26,012 nt of DNA from a virus (IMGVR_UViG_3300016665_000424:1-26012), one strand, 5' to 3'; shown: positions 1 through 10,400, counted from the stretch's first letter. Numbers and translations: made by a program. The notes: generated from the letters alone by a model not told the origin.

Positions 1-53
1 TTTTTTAAGTGTTTTATCTTTTAGATACATTTTTAATAAATTAAGTTTGTTTT

Positions 54-1463
54 TTATGCTTCGTTTATAACCTCTTTTCTTTTTGTGCTGGCTAAAACTT
101 CATTAACCCTTGCTTGGTCGTTAATCTCGACATCTTTTCTGTATTCAGTTTGGGTTCTTGCTCCTTTGCTTTGACCCATATCTATCTGAATCCTAGCATT
201 GTCAAAGGTAATGTCTTCAAAGATAATACCATCCTTTCCAAAACGTGATTTAAGTATGGCCATTGTTGCAGTTCCATTTTCTTTTTGGTCAAGTGTTTTT
301 GCGATTGACACAATAAAGTGTCCTATCTGACCTTTTTTGATTGAACCACCCATTTGGTCTGCTTCTACTACGTTTGCCTTTATTGAACTTCTGTTTCCTT
401 GCACCGCTGTCCAGCCAGCAATATCTAATTCAGCTAACATAGCTTCAAATTGTCTCATAACACTGCCTTCACCAACATTCGCATCATCATACTTTCTTGA
501 TGGTTGAACGCAGTCGATATAATCCAATAGAACGATGTCTGGTCTAAAACCTTCTGCAATTTTTTTCCTAATGTACTGTCTTATAATCGGTATGGTTGTC
601 CCATCACTAGAAAACTTTTTAAGTTTTAAGATACCCTTACCACCTTTTGACTCCTTTTGCTTTTGTTCACATAAAGACATGATTTCGTCTTTGTGTAAAG
701 ATAAGCTATTTAAGTCAACACCAGTCCAACAAGAAATGTGTTTTCTTTGAATTACTTTTGGATTGTCTTCAAAGAAGATTTGTAAAACTCTGTTACCATC
801 GTTCATTGCTGTGTTAGCAATTTTGGTCATCATGGTTGTTTTACCAACACCAAATGGCGCCAATATTACAGCCAATTCACCTTTAGATAAGCCACCATCC
901 ATTACTTCATCCAAGCCTTTTATACCAGTTCTTATTGGTTTTCTGAAGTCATCAATCAAAACATCTTTGATATTATCAAAAACATCCATACCATCATCTT
1001 TGTTGTCACCATGCTCCAATGCCTTTCTAAGTATTGTTTCGCATTGTTCATAGTTTTCAATGTCACCAACATCAATAATTTTTTGAATCTGTTTGATAGA
1101 TTTCTTCAACTCTTGTTGTTTACAAAACTTCATAGCGATGTCTTGTATTTTAAGAGCATCATAAGAACTAGCCTCTTGAACCTTGCTAAGCTGTGTTAGG
1201 ATATACTTTCTTTGTAAATCCTCTGTCACATCGGCTAACAGTCTAATTTTAATACTTCCTAAGTCAGGAACAATATCATCTTTTTCTTTGGCTTCTTTTA
1301 TGGCAGCAGCTATTACTCTAAGATATGGGTCACTAAAGTAATTAGCATCTACTATATCAACAATTGAGTTGGCAAATCTATTGTCTGTAAGTAATTGAGC
1401 CATTAGTCTAAACTCATAGTCTAAACCCAAATAACCCAAATTGTCTCTATCTATTTTTGCCAT
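54..1463 (-). CDS. dnaB: Replicative DNA helicase, DnaB/T4 gp41-like (SF4)
   Basis: 469 aa; TGIKGLDEVMDGGL motif, Walker A APFGVGKTT, Walker B VLLDYID, WTAVQGNR, arginine-finger KSRFG; N-terminal DnaB-like helical region. Confidence 0.93.
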   Translation of the reverse strand: MAKIDRDNLGYLGLDYEFRLMAQLLTDNRFANSIVDIVDANYFSDPYLRVIAAAIKEAKEKDDIVPDLGSIKIRLLADVTEDLQRKYILTQLSKVQEASSYDALKIQDIAMKFCKQQELKKSIKQIQKIIDVGDIENYEQCETILRKALEHGDNKDDGMDVFDNIKDVLIDDFRKPIRTGIKGLDEVMDGGLSKGELAVILAPFGVGKTTMMTKIANTAMNDGNRVLQIFFEDNPKVIQRKHISCWTGVDLNSLSLHKDEIMSLCEQKQKESKGGKGILKLKKFSSDGTTIPIIRQYIRKKIAEGFRPDIVLLDYIDCVQPSRKYDDANVGEGSVMRQFEAMLAELDIAGWTAVQGNRSSIKANVVEADQMGGSIKKGQIGHFIVSIAKTLDQKENGTATMAILKSRFGKDGIIFEDITFDNARIQIDMGQSKGARTQTEYRKDVEINDQARVNEVLASTKRKEVINEA

Positions 1464-1516
1464 TTATTTTTTATATTTAAAAACGTTGTTATGGATAAAT
1501 ATCACAAAGTGGTCGC

Positions 1517-2017
1517 TTAGGCAACCACTTTGGTATAATTTTTTTTGCTCAATGAATGTCTAATCTCAGACATTATAGCTGGTATGATTTCTTTTATATC
1601 CACAGCATAACGTACTTTTGGTGGAAAATAATTACCAGAAAAGATTGATTTTGCGACACTTTTCTTGTCTATCTTAATCTCAAACTGGAAGTCATCGATT
1701 TTCTCAAAAATGTTTCTAGGTCCTTGGTCTGGTTGAACAGAATAAGGGTTGTAGTTATTCCAAAGATAATCCTTTGATTTGTTTTTCAAATAGTTTGGTA
1801 TGATACCCATGGTACCAAAATCACCATTGTTCATTCCACAAATAGCATCCATCAAATCTTTCATCTCCCATGAGCCAACACAATTTTCGTTAAACTCACG
1901 AATGTTAAAATATCTTTGGCAGATAATGTGGTTGTTGATGTAAAGAACGAATTCAAAACGTTGTTCTTCAACTTTCTTCTGGTCAAATGCGCCAGTGTTT
2001 GCTTTTGTACTAGTCAT
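1517..2017 (-). CDS. Hypothetical phage protein between exonuclease and helicase
   Basis: 166-aa ATG ORF tightly packed in the replication operon with an A-rich leader; no recognised motif. Confidence 0.75.
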   Translation of the reverse strand: MTSTKANTGAFDQKKVEEQRFEFVLYINNHIICQRYFNIREFNENCVGSWEMKDLMDAICGMNNGDFGTMGIIPNYLKNKSKDYLWNNYNPYSVQPDQGPRNIFEKIDDFQFEIKIDKKSVAKSIFSGNYFPPKVRYAVDIKEIIPAIMSEIRHSLSKKNYTKVVA

Positions 2018-2033
2018 AATTTAAATTTAAATG

Positions 2034-3083
2034 TTAAAAATTGTTTTCTCTATCTATTAGTTTTTTAAAAGGTTCTAAAAAGGTAGCATACCTAGTCTCA
2101 CCTAATGCTTTGTCTAACCCATCTCTTTTCATCATGATAAAAACATTTTTTAAGTCTCTACCCGATGAGTCAAGGGTACCCTCTATTAAATGTTCTAATT
2201 CTCTTACACCGTTTTCAGTTAACATTGGTTTTGACAAGTTTACCAGTCTATCATTAATTTCATAAATCTTGTCTTTTTGAACACCATCTGTAACCCTGTT
2301 TATGATATTATCTAGGATTGTAAGGGGTTTCTGTTTGTTGGTTACTCTATCATTTTGTAACCTTTTTGCTTCTCGGATTACGTCATCTACACTTAGTTTA
2401 CGTTGTTTTAAATCTGGAAATAAAGAAAGTAATTTTGTCTCGCCTAAACCTTTGATGCCTTTTATACTATCACTAGTATCTCCAATCATGGTTTTTATAA
2501 GAACAGAATTATCTTTGTGATGGCAAAAGTACGAAGAGTAATTGAATAAATCAACATATTCTTTCAAATCTATAAAATAAATTCTTACGTCTTCAGATAT
2601 CAACTGCAAAAAGTCTCTATCTGTCGATACAATTGTTATTTTTTCGTTCTCCTTTTTATTTAAACAATAGTATGCTATAAAGTCATCACTTTCAATAACT
2701 TCATGCTTTAATTGTCTAACATACATTTCGTTTAGATAGTCCCAAACCATCTTTCTCTGTTTTAGTTCAGATAGTTCTATTGGTTGGGTGCCGTTTATAT
2801 AATCTTTACCACGACCACTTTTATATGGTTCGTATATTTCGTATCTTAGCTTTCCGCTGTAGTTTCCATCCCAGAAAACATAAACCTTATGGTAAAGGTC
2901 ATCCGTTAAGATTTTTCGTAAAATAGTTAGAAACGAATACAAACCGCCAATGTGTTCTCCACTGCTGTTGTATTCTCCTTTGGCACCGAAATACCCTACT
3001 TTAAATAGGGCATTTCCGTCTACCAAAAGCGTATTTTGTTTTTTTATTATTTTTTCACCATTACGTGGTGGTCTTTTATTCAC
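2034..3083 (-). CDS. 5'-3' exonuclease / flap endonuclease (Pol I N-terminal / T4 RNase H family)
   Basis: 349 aa, GTG start; motifs LLVDGNAL, VFWDG, YKSGR, ESDDFIA, STDRDFLQL and helix-hairpin GDTSDSIKGIKGLGET. Confidence 0.92.
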   Translation of the reverse strand: MNKRPPRNGEKIIKKQNTLLVDGNALFKVGYFGAKGEYNSSGEHIGGLYSFLTILRKILTDDLYHKVYVFWDGNYSGKLRYEIYEPYKSGRGKDYINGTQPIELSELKQRKMVWDYLNEMYVRQLKHEVIESDDFIAYYCLNKKENEKITIVSTDRDFLQLISEDVRIYFIDLKEYVDLFNYSSYFCHHKDNSVLIKTMIGDTSDSIKGIKGLGETKLLSLFPDLKQRKLSVDDVIREAKRLQNDRVTNKQKPLTILDNIINRVTDGVQKDKIYEINDRLVNLSKPMLTENGVRELEHLIEGTLDSSGRDLKNVFIMMKRDGLDKALGETRYATFLEPFKKLIDRENNF

Positions 3084-3113
3084 AAACTCATTGTTAATAG
3101 GTTAAACAATAAA

Positions 3114-4211
3114 TTAAGCCATCATATCTTCTTTGCTTAATCCGATTTCTTCTTTCTCAATTACAAAATCATCATACTCTGTATTCAAATGAGCTTTTAT
3201 AAACTCTTTGTGCTCTTCTTTGTAATCATTGATTTTGTCTGGGTTCCAATAGCCATGCGGTGTTGATGCAATCTTGCCCTTTTGTTCTATACCATTAACT
3301 TGATTCTTTTCGCATCTAATTCTGGTTTCAACACCAAACTGAAACTCTTCACCAGCCAATGTAGCTTTTAATTTTTCAGTGCTATGGGTAAGAATACCAC
3401 CAAAATGGAAGATAAGTCTTGGGGAATAAAAGAATGCTTCACCACCCTTATGTTTGATAACTTTGTTTTCGTTGTCTAACCATATTTGCTGAACTACAGC
3501 AAATGTAGCGGTATAAGGTGCATCTTCTCTTCTAGACGCTGGGATTCTATAATTAATTAGTGATTTGAAGCATGTTGCCAAAGCGCCAGCAGTCCATTGG
3601 TTGTTGGTTGTTTTTGAGGTAGCTCCTTTGAAACAGTTTATTGAACCGACTGAATCCCAGAAGAAAGCAACATCTCTTGGTAATCTTTCTTCTTGTTGTG
3701 CGTCCAAAATTGTGTGCATATGGAATGATATATCCTCAACAACTGGTTCATATCTTAATGGTTTTGTTCCCATTTTGCTATGTTGATGGTCATAACAAGC
3801 GTACATTTTTAAAAGGTCTGGACCTTGTAAGAAAATGAAATCACCACGGTAATTTAATTCTCCAGTTTCTTCATCAACATATTCTTCAAATTGAACACCG
3901 ATGTTTTTTGCGTGAGCCCAATTCCAGTTTCCTTCAGTTTCATAAATAATTGGTAGGATACCTAATTTTTGACATCCAGCCACACCTTCATAAATCGCAG
4001 TTGATTTACCAGTGTTTGAATATCCTCTAAAGCTGGTAAAACATCCAACTGGAATTCCTGGAACTTTAACCGCATCATGGAACGCTTCTGAAAGTGGTAT
4101 CCATGTTAATTCTTTTTCTTTTACTGTAAAATTAAGTCCTTGTGTCTTCTTAAAATCATCTAAGTTAAATTCTTTTTTCTCAATAGGTTTTTTAGTAGGT
4201 TTCTTAGCCAT
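3114..4211 (-). CDS. RecA/UvsX-like recombinase
   Basis: 365 aa; Walker A GYSNTGKST, catalytic Glu in YETE, Walker B FFWDSVGS, GGEAFFYSPRL (compare RecA GGNALKFYASVRL), EKNQV. Confidence 0.88.
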   Translation of the reverse strand: MAKKPTKKPIEKKEFNLDDFKKTQGLNFTVKEKELTWIPLSEAFHDAVKVPGIPVGCFTSFRGYSNTGKSTAIYEGVAGCQKLGILPIIYETEGNWNWAHAKNIGVQFEEYVDEETGELNYRGDFIFLQGPDLLKMYACYDHQHSKMGTKPLRYEPVVEDISFHMHTILDAQQEERLPRDVAFFWDSVGSINCFKGATSKTTNNQWTAGALATCFKSLINYRIPASRREDAPYTATFAVVQQIWLDNENKVIKHKGGEAFFYSPRLIFHFGGILTHSTEKLKATLAGEEFQFGVETRIRCEKNQVNGIEQKGKIASTPHGYWNPDKINDYKEEHKEFIKAHLNTEYDDFVIEKEEIGLSKEDMMA

Positions 4212-4244
4212 TTTAATGTTATTAATTTAAATTGTTACTCTAGA

Positions 4245-4276
4245 ACAAAAAAAGGCAATTCCTCACCTTTTTTTGT
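4245..4276 (-). terminator. Intrinsic terminator-like hairpin after ssb
   Basis: ACAAAAAAAGG-caattcctca-CCTTTTTTTGT inverted repeat just after the ssb stop; weak GC stem, so probably a partial terminator. Confidence 0.5.
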
Positions 4277-4292
4277 GTGTAAAACATTAAAA

Positions 4293-5198
4293 TTAAAATG
4301 GGAGGTCGTCTTCCTCTTCTTCTTTGATTGTCTCAACCGTAGCTGTTGGAGCAGTTGGAGCTGATACTATACCAGCTTTAACATTTTCAACACCCAATGT
4401 CAATTCAGAATCCAAAGACTCAGTTTCACTAGATGTAGCAGTCAAAGAAGCTTTGTCAACAAATTTCTTATCTTCAGAACTCCATACTGGGATACCACCT
4501 TTTACAATGATTTCCAAATACTCATAACTTCTAACAGAATAAACATCTTCCCAAGTTCTTCCATCTGACAACCAAGCTTTTGCTTCTTCAGCGTTTTCTG
4601 AAAGCGGACTAGGGTCTAGAGACGCAACAGCAGATACAACTGGTACGTTGTTTTGATTTCTATTGATGGTTAACACAAGGTCACGACCAGTTTCTGGGTG
4701 TGTAACATCCTTTTTAATAGCGTTAAGAACACCGATAATTTTGTCATAAATACCCTCTTTACGATAGTCATGGTTAAATCTCCAAAATTTAACACCTTCT
4801 TCTGGGTGTTCTCTGTCAATCACTTTAACAACGTACATCATTTTTGCACTGTACTTTTTAGCAAGTTCTTTATCAGACTCTCTTCCAGTAGACAACAACG
4901 CCTCACGTGCTTCGCAGAAAGGACATGCTTCGTCTTTTTCGTGTTTCAAGCAAGGAAATGTTTTCCACTCACCATCAACTTGGATTTTATGACCATACAT
5001 CTCAACGAATGGTGTACCACCATTTGTGCTAGGTAAAATTCTGATTTGTTTTGTCGCTGACTTTACACCATCTTTTATGTAGGTGTTAAAGTAGTTTTTT
5101 AGGTCATAAACCTTTTCTGATTTCTTCTCATACTTTGGTCTGTTGTTTGCTTCGTATTGGTCTAAAATAGCTTGCAAACTGTTTTTTTCATTACTCAT
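4293..5198 (-). CDS. Single-stranded DNA-binding protein, T4 gp32-like
   Basis: 301 aa; IRILP motif, H..C-x8-CPFC putative zinc site, GRDLVLT, acidic tail EEEEDDLPF; adjacent to the recombinase. Confidence 0.85.
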   Translation of the reverse strand: MSNEKNSLQAILDQYEANNRPKYEKKSEKVYDLKNYFNTYIKDGVKSATKQIRILPSTNGGTPFVEMYGHKIQVDGEWKTFPCLKHEKDEACPFCEAREALLSTGRESDKELAKKYSAKMMYVVKVIDREHPEEGVKFWRFNHDYRKEGIYDKIIGVLNAIKKDVTHPETGRDLVLTINRNQNNVPVVSAVASLDPSPLSENAEEAKAWLSDGRTWEDVYSVRSYEYLEIIVKGGIPVWSSEDKKFVDKASLTATSSETESLDSELTLGVENVKAGIVSAPTAPTATVETIKEEEEDDLPF

Positions 5199-5252
5199 TT
5201 TTCTTTGTTTTTAAATTTATATAGATGTTATTTTTACTTAGTTTATGTGTTA

Positions 5253-5282
5253 CAAATATACTAAAAATATTGGAAAAGTCAA
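5253..5282 (-). promoter_or_regulatory. Bacteroidota housekeeping-sigma-type promoter P1 of the ssb operon
   Basis: Minus strand TTG(5282-5280)-N19-TATATTTG(5260-5253), matching the TTG-N19-TAnnTTTG consensus. Confidence 0.75.
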
Positions 5283-5326
5283 GCAACATATTGATTTATT
5301 TTTCGCTTGATTTTAACTATTAATTG

Positions 5327-5362
5327 CAAATATACTACACATTTTTCAAACTTGCAAGTACT
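5327..5362 (-). promoter_or_regulatory. Bacteroidota-type promoter P2 of the ssb operon
   Basis: Minus strand AGTACTTGCAA with TTG(5357-5355)-N20-TATATTTG(5334-5327). Confidence 0.7.
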
Positions 5363-5376
5363 GGGTAATAAAAAAT

Positions 5377-5401
5377 AAAAAAGCCCCAAAAAGGGGCTTT
5401 T
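5377..5401 (-). terminator. Rho-independent terminator
   Basis: Minus strand AAAAGCCCC-TTTTT-GGGGCTTTT followed by more T, directly after the stop of 5404..6180. Confidence 0.85.
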
Positions 5402-5403
5402 AT

Positions 5404-6180
5404 TTAGATATCTTCTTCTTCATACTCTGGGATGTCTCCATCATCATAAGGGTTTTCTGGTATTGAAAACGATTGTTTAATTGATGAATCACTGTAAGTT
5501 GAATCAACGTCATCTTTTGTTAAAATGTATTCTTTTGGTTTATTACCTGTACCCATAACATCATACATTCCCTCTTTATCAGCCCAATAATCACTTAATT
5601 TTTGGCTGAAAGGATATGAGTGAAGTGACCTCATCTCTAACTTTTCAACTGGTGTTGGGTTTCTTTTTATGATTTCTTGCTCTAATCCTTCTATTTTATT
5701 TGTGATGTCTGTCATGTTAGCAACACGTGATTCCAAATCAGCCAATTTTTGTAGCAACATTTCTGTATTTTTTGTGGCAGCGTCAGCAGCTTTTTTAGCT
5801 TCTTCAGAACCTTTTACAATAGATGTAACATCAATCTCAACCTCATCACTAGCTGGTTCATCAGCAGGTGATTCCTCGTCATCTGCTGGAGCTTCTTCGT
5901 CATCGGCTGGGGTTTCATCTGGTAATTCCATAACTTCTTCTTTATCAGCTGGGGTCTCAACACCTAAATCAGCTGCAACGTTATCAGCAGCTGCGCCAAT
6001 GTTATCTTCTGGTTCTAAGTCAGCTGGGGCTTCCTCAGCCTCATCCATAGTGTCACCTAAAATCAGGTTTTTAAACTCAGGAATTTCTTTTTTTTCTTGG
6101 TAAAAATCATATTCTAACAAAAGTTTAAATCTATTTTGTTCTTCCTTAAGCAAACTAGGATTGAATTTAATCTTTTTCAT
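5404..6180 (-). CDS. Highly acidic hypothetical protein with coiled coil (possible head internal/scaffold-type protein)
   Basis: 258 aa; D/E/A/P-rich middle with PADDEE repeats, heptad region LLQKLADLESRV..IEGLEQEI, then PTPVEKLEMRSL; TAATG coupling to upstream gene; function is inference only. Confidence 0.7.
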   Translation of the reverse strand: MKKIKFNPSLLKEEQNRFKLLLEYDFYQEKKEIPEFKNLILGDTMDEAEEAPADLEPEDNIGAAADNVAADLGVETPADKEEVMELPDETPADDEEAPADDEESPADEPASDEVEIDVTSIVKGSEEAKKAADAATKNTEMLLQKLADLESRVANMTDITNKIEGLEQEIIKRNPTPVEKLEMRSLHSYPFSQKLSDYWADKEGMYDVMGTGNKPKEYILTKDDVDSTYSDSSIKQSFSIPENPYDDGDIPEYEEEDI

Positions 6181-6377
6181 TAAAATAATAATTGTCTTCC
6201 GTCTTCTGTTATTATCTTCTTGTTGATTCTCTCAACAATACTTTTATCACCTTTTATAATACAAACACCAGAACTGCAATCCATATTTTGATTTTCACCA
6301 TTTTCCAACATTGAATTCAATGCCTTCATAAGGTCTTCAGCTTTTTTGTTTGTTTCTTTTTTATTTTTATTTTCCAT
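6180..6377 (-). CDS. Small hypothetical protein
   Basis: 65-aa ATG ORF, CSSGVC and C-terminal ITEDGRQLLF, stop overlaps next ATG, preceded by the TATTTAT motif. Confidence 0.7.
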   Translation of the reverse strand: MENKNKKETNKKAEDLMKALNSMLENGENQNMDCSSGVCIIKGDKSIVERINKKIITEDGRQLLF

Positions 6378-6426
6378 AACTTTAGTTTATTAAAGTTGTT
6401 ATTTTTATATAAATATCTTAAATACA

Positions 6427-6828
6427 TTAAAAAATTCTCTGAATCTTGAAAATACCTAACTCTTGTCCGTTTAACAAAATAATCCTATCTTGATATTCTG
6501 ACCAATCTATCTTATAAGATTTATAATCAGTATTCCCATCATCACCACCAACTTTTAAATCAATTAATCTATTTAAAGCATTTATGGTATACAAAGCATT
6601 CCCTTTCTTATGAATAGGTACAGCATTTGGAAATAAATCTTTTAAATTAACTTTTTTATCTTTTTCTATTTTAAATTTGAATGTCATGATTACTTTTGAT
6701 TCATCATCCAAATTTTTATAACAAAAAATTTTGTCTTTAGTTATTGAAAATTTAGCCTCTAGATAACTAACAAACCAATCAACTCTCTCTGGGAATATGA
6801 ATGACGCTAGAAGAATCGTTTTTTCCAT
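6427..6828 (-). CDS. Hypothetical phage protein (HKK..LYTINALN motif)
   Basis: 133-aa ATG ORF with globular composition; overlaps the upstream gene by 50 nt. Confidence 0.72.
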   Translation of the reverse strand: MEKTILLASFIFPERVDWFVSYLEAKFSITKDKIFCYKNLDDESKVIMTFKFKIEKDKKVNLKDLFPNAVPIHKKGNALYTINALNRLIDLKVGGDDGNTDYKSYKIDWSEYQDRIILLNGQELGIFKIQRIF

Positions 6829-7414
6829 TTTTTATAGAATATAGGTAAGGCAAAAATCTAATGTTCCCATTTAGATAATTTATGCATTTTTTATATTCTA
6901 TAAGTATTTCGTTTTCGACCAAAAACACACTACTGCTGGTTTTTATCTTATCAATAATTTTATCTATATTAAAACCAAGGTATTTTAATAACTTCAAATC
7001 AACCCCAAATACAAATTTTTCTAAACTAAGATATATCATCTCGTTATGTTTATACGCAACAATATAGTCAGCCGATTTTATTTTTCTAATAATTTTTTTG
7101 ATTGTACTTTTTTTATATTGTATAAAATCAACAAAAATATAAACAACTTCTGAAAATATATCTTCATAAACTTTGTTGGTAAACCAATTTAAATCTTCAT
7201 TAAATTTGTCTCTTTTTTCATTTTTATCAAATGTCCAATATAAATTATCATCTAGTTTAATGTCAGTGATATCAAAATCTGGATATTTTTTTGAGACATA
7301 ATTGTAACCTATTATTAAAGTTGGTAAACCATCAATAATATCATCAATTGACTTTACATGATTAAAATCAATAGGGATTTCAATTTTAGATTTACAGACT
7401 ACATTTGCTAACAT
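6779..7414 (-). CDS. Hypothetical protein
   Basis: 211-aa ATG ORF directly after a TACCTTTG promoter element; no confident family. Confidence 0.72.
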   Translation of the reverse strand: MLANVVCKSKIEIPIDFNHVKSIDDIIDGLPTLIIGYNYVSKKYPDFDITDIKLDDNLYWTFDKNEKRDKFNEDLNWFTNKVYEDIFSEVVYIFVDFIQYKKSTIKKIIRKIKSADYIVAYKHNEMIYLSLEKFVFGVDLKLLKYLGFNIDKIIDKIKTSSSVFLVENEILIEYKKCINYLNGNIRFLPYLYSIKNGKNDSSSVIHIPRES

Positions 7415-7418
7415 AATG

Positions 7419-7449
7419 CAAAGGTACTATTAATATTTTGAAATATCAA
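7419..7449 (-). promoter_or_regulatory. Bacteroidota-type promoter, near-leaderless
   Basis: Minus strand TTG(7449-7447)-N20-TACCTTTG(7426-7419), then CATT and the ATG at 7414. Confidence 0.65.
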
Positions 7450-10400
7450 TTTTTAATTTGTTAATCCAATCTGGTGCATTAAAAGGTTTCATGTTTTTTA
7501 CATTTAACCCACCATCAATCCAAAAAAATTGGTTATTTTCTGAAAGTGGTTTTCTTTGAATGATACCGTCAGCGCCTTGTGGGATAGTTAAAGAATTTGC
7601 AACAAAACTAGTTCTACTTTGAATAAAATTTTTAGCATTATTTGATAAATCATTATCAACTATGGCTAATAATGATTCATTAATATTTTTCTTTGTTTTA
7701 AAATCATCCCAATTTTTAGAATTTTTAATTGCAGTGACAGCGCTATCATAGCTATTTATAGAATACCAATCTGAAATATTAACGTTTGTTGGAGAATACT
7801 GTTTATCTTTAACTATTATCTGTTTAATAGAAGCACCATAAGCTTTATTTGGTAATAATAATCTGTTGTATATTGATTGAGCCACGTCTGCTCTAGATTG
7901 AGGCGAACCAGCCTCTAATGAACAAATAGCAACCAACGACCAAAAGTCAGCCAAATCCCCAGTTTGTATGTTTGGATTATTTTCTAACACTTTATTAGCT
8001 ATGTTTCCTTCTTTATATCTTGCATAATCCTTTAATGGTAAATAAGGTATTGGGTCAGTGTATTGTAAGTTAAATATGCTTTTACCTAATTCATTTTTTT
8101 CACCAACTCTTAATTCAAAATGCAAGTGTGGTCCAGTAGAAAAACCAGCAGTGTCGAATTTTTTATCTTTATCTATAAAATATGTTTTTTGTTTGCCACC
8201 GCTATAACCAATAGTATCACCTTTTTTAACACGTACTTCAAGGTTGTATCCACCATTTATATTATTAATAATACCTGCTTGTTCGTTGTTATCTAATGGT
8301 AACTTATAACCAAATAGGTTTTCGTTTAAATTTGAAACATGACCATATAAAGTTTTATATACTTTATCACCTATGACTCCATGATTTACCACCACATACA
8401 GTCCAAAACCATTAGGGTCGTTTTTTAAGTATTCTATCGTACCATCATAAATTGCTAATAGTGGGGTACCGACATTTAAAGAAAAATCAACACCTTTATG
8501 TACTTTAGGGTCTTTTCCATCTATAGACCTAAGTCCAGGGATACTGCTTATTACAACATTTTTCTTATCGTTTGAGAATGGGTCAATTAATGGGTTTTGT
8601 GTAGTGTTTAAAATTAAAAGATTATCATCAAATACTGGTCCTTGAATTGTGTTTGTTTCAGTTATAGGTAAATCAATGATATCGGTTGCATTTATTGAAC
8701 CTAATAATGACATGTATAAACTACCAGTACTAAATATTTCTGTTTTTGGTGCTCTAATTCTACTACCAGTAAACGAAGTTATCATATGATTAGGTTTTAT
8801 TGAGTGTTTGACTCTTATAATCATATAAGCTCCATGAAACATAGGAATGTTATTTAATTGAAAATACATCATTGGTTGAATCATGGCATTACCCAACATT
8901 TCAACCTCAACTTTGTAACTTCTAACTGAATAAACATTATATAAATTTTGACCAGCCAACGTAATGTTTGTTTGAGAACCTTTGTTAGCTATATCATCAA
9001 TTATTTGTAATGATTCAGCTGTTTCAGCAAATTCACTTTGGTCTAGAATAACATCTTTAAATATATTTTGATTTTGTTCACCAAAATTAACTTCAAAATA
9101 AGCAACTGTTTCATTTTCATCGTTTGTATCTTTATTGAAATCTATTGGAGGTTCTTTAAAATCAAAACCATCATTAGGATAATTACCATATGGGATATCT
9201 AAATGTTTTGATTTTTGACCTAAATATACGCATACAAATGAAGGTCCAGCTGTTATTTCATCATTATTATAAGATGGATATGTTTGAAAAACTTGTTTTA
9301 ATAACTCTTTGTCGTTATAATTTATAAATGATGGTAATGCAATAAAATCAAAATAGTTTGCAGATAAAACACTTGTTAATAATTCGTATAAACTAGTATT
9401 TGGGGAATTTCTTAACGAGTCGTGTATTGGATAAGGGTTTATTGCTAATATGTCACCAATATCTTCAAATGAACGACTAACAAACCTAAAAGTGTCGATT
9501 AATGTTTTATTTGGTACTGAACCAGAATCATATAAAGAACATTGAAAAAATATTTTATTTGGGTTATCTAAACCACCAATCCATTTATCATATAAATTTT
9601 TACATGTTCTATATAACATTAATTTTATTATATTTTCATCTGAAGTCCCAAATAAATTTTGTTTTATTTGATTATTTTCATCTATTTGAGTTGGTTTGTA
9701 GTCTTTGAACTCATTTAAAAAAGATGTAATATAAGTATTCCACACATTTATAACATTACCCCCATTAAAGTTACTTACTTCTAACAAATAATAAGTTTTA
9801 TTATCTGGTAAATCTATAAGATTATTATCATCGTCTAGCCCAAATTCTGCGAAGTAATTTATTGGTTTTTGTTTAGTCCAAGTTCTATAACTTGAATTTG
9901 CAATAATGACCTCTTCTTTTAACAAATCTAAAATTTTTTTTACGCCTTCGCTATCATCTCTTAACATTAAAAAATAATTATATTTTAAATCTGTTGTGGT
10001 TAAATTATTAATAACACCTTTATTTGTTTTACTTTTACTATTATTATAAGGATTTATTATTTGATATTTATCTAAAATATCATCACCAAACATCTCTTTA
10101 TATTTATTTATTTCTATAATATCATTACCTATTTGAAATTCATCATATATTTCACCATATAAATCGTCCCAATCTGCACTAAGATTTAATTCTAAGTAAT
10201 TTTTTAGTTCCAACCAATCATTTTCTACAAAATTATCAAATTGTTTTTTAAATTCTTCTCTAGCTTGATATGGAAGGTTTAATATTTGTTTGTCTATTTT
10301 TTTATATTTTTCTGTTGTATCGTTAAAGGAAATATTATTGAATGGTGATGTTTCATAACTTATAAATTCTTCAGTAGATGGGTAAGTATAATTAGAATCT

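Noticed and set aside
54-4211. Inteins or introns in helicase/recombinase
   Set aside because: Lengths are ordinary, motifs are normally spaced and no splice-junction or LAGLIDADG signatures were seen
6779-7414. Assigning the 211-aa ORF as a UDG-like or polymerase fragment
   Set aside because: Only a faint PTLIIG resemblance; no catalytic motifs recognisable without a profile search
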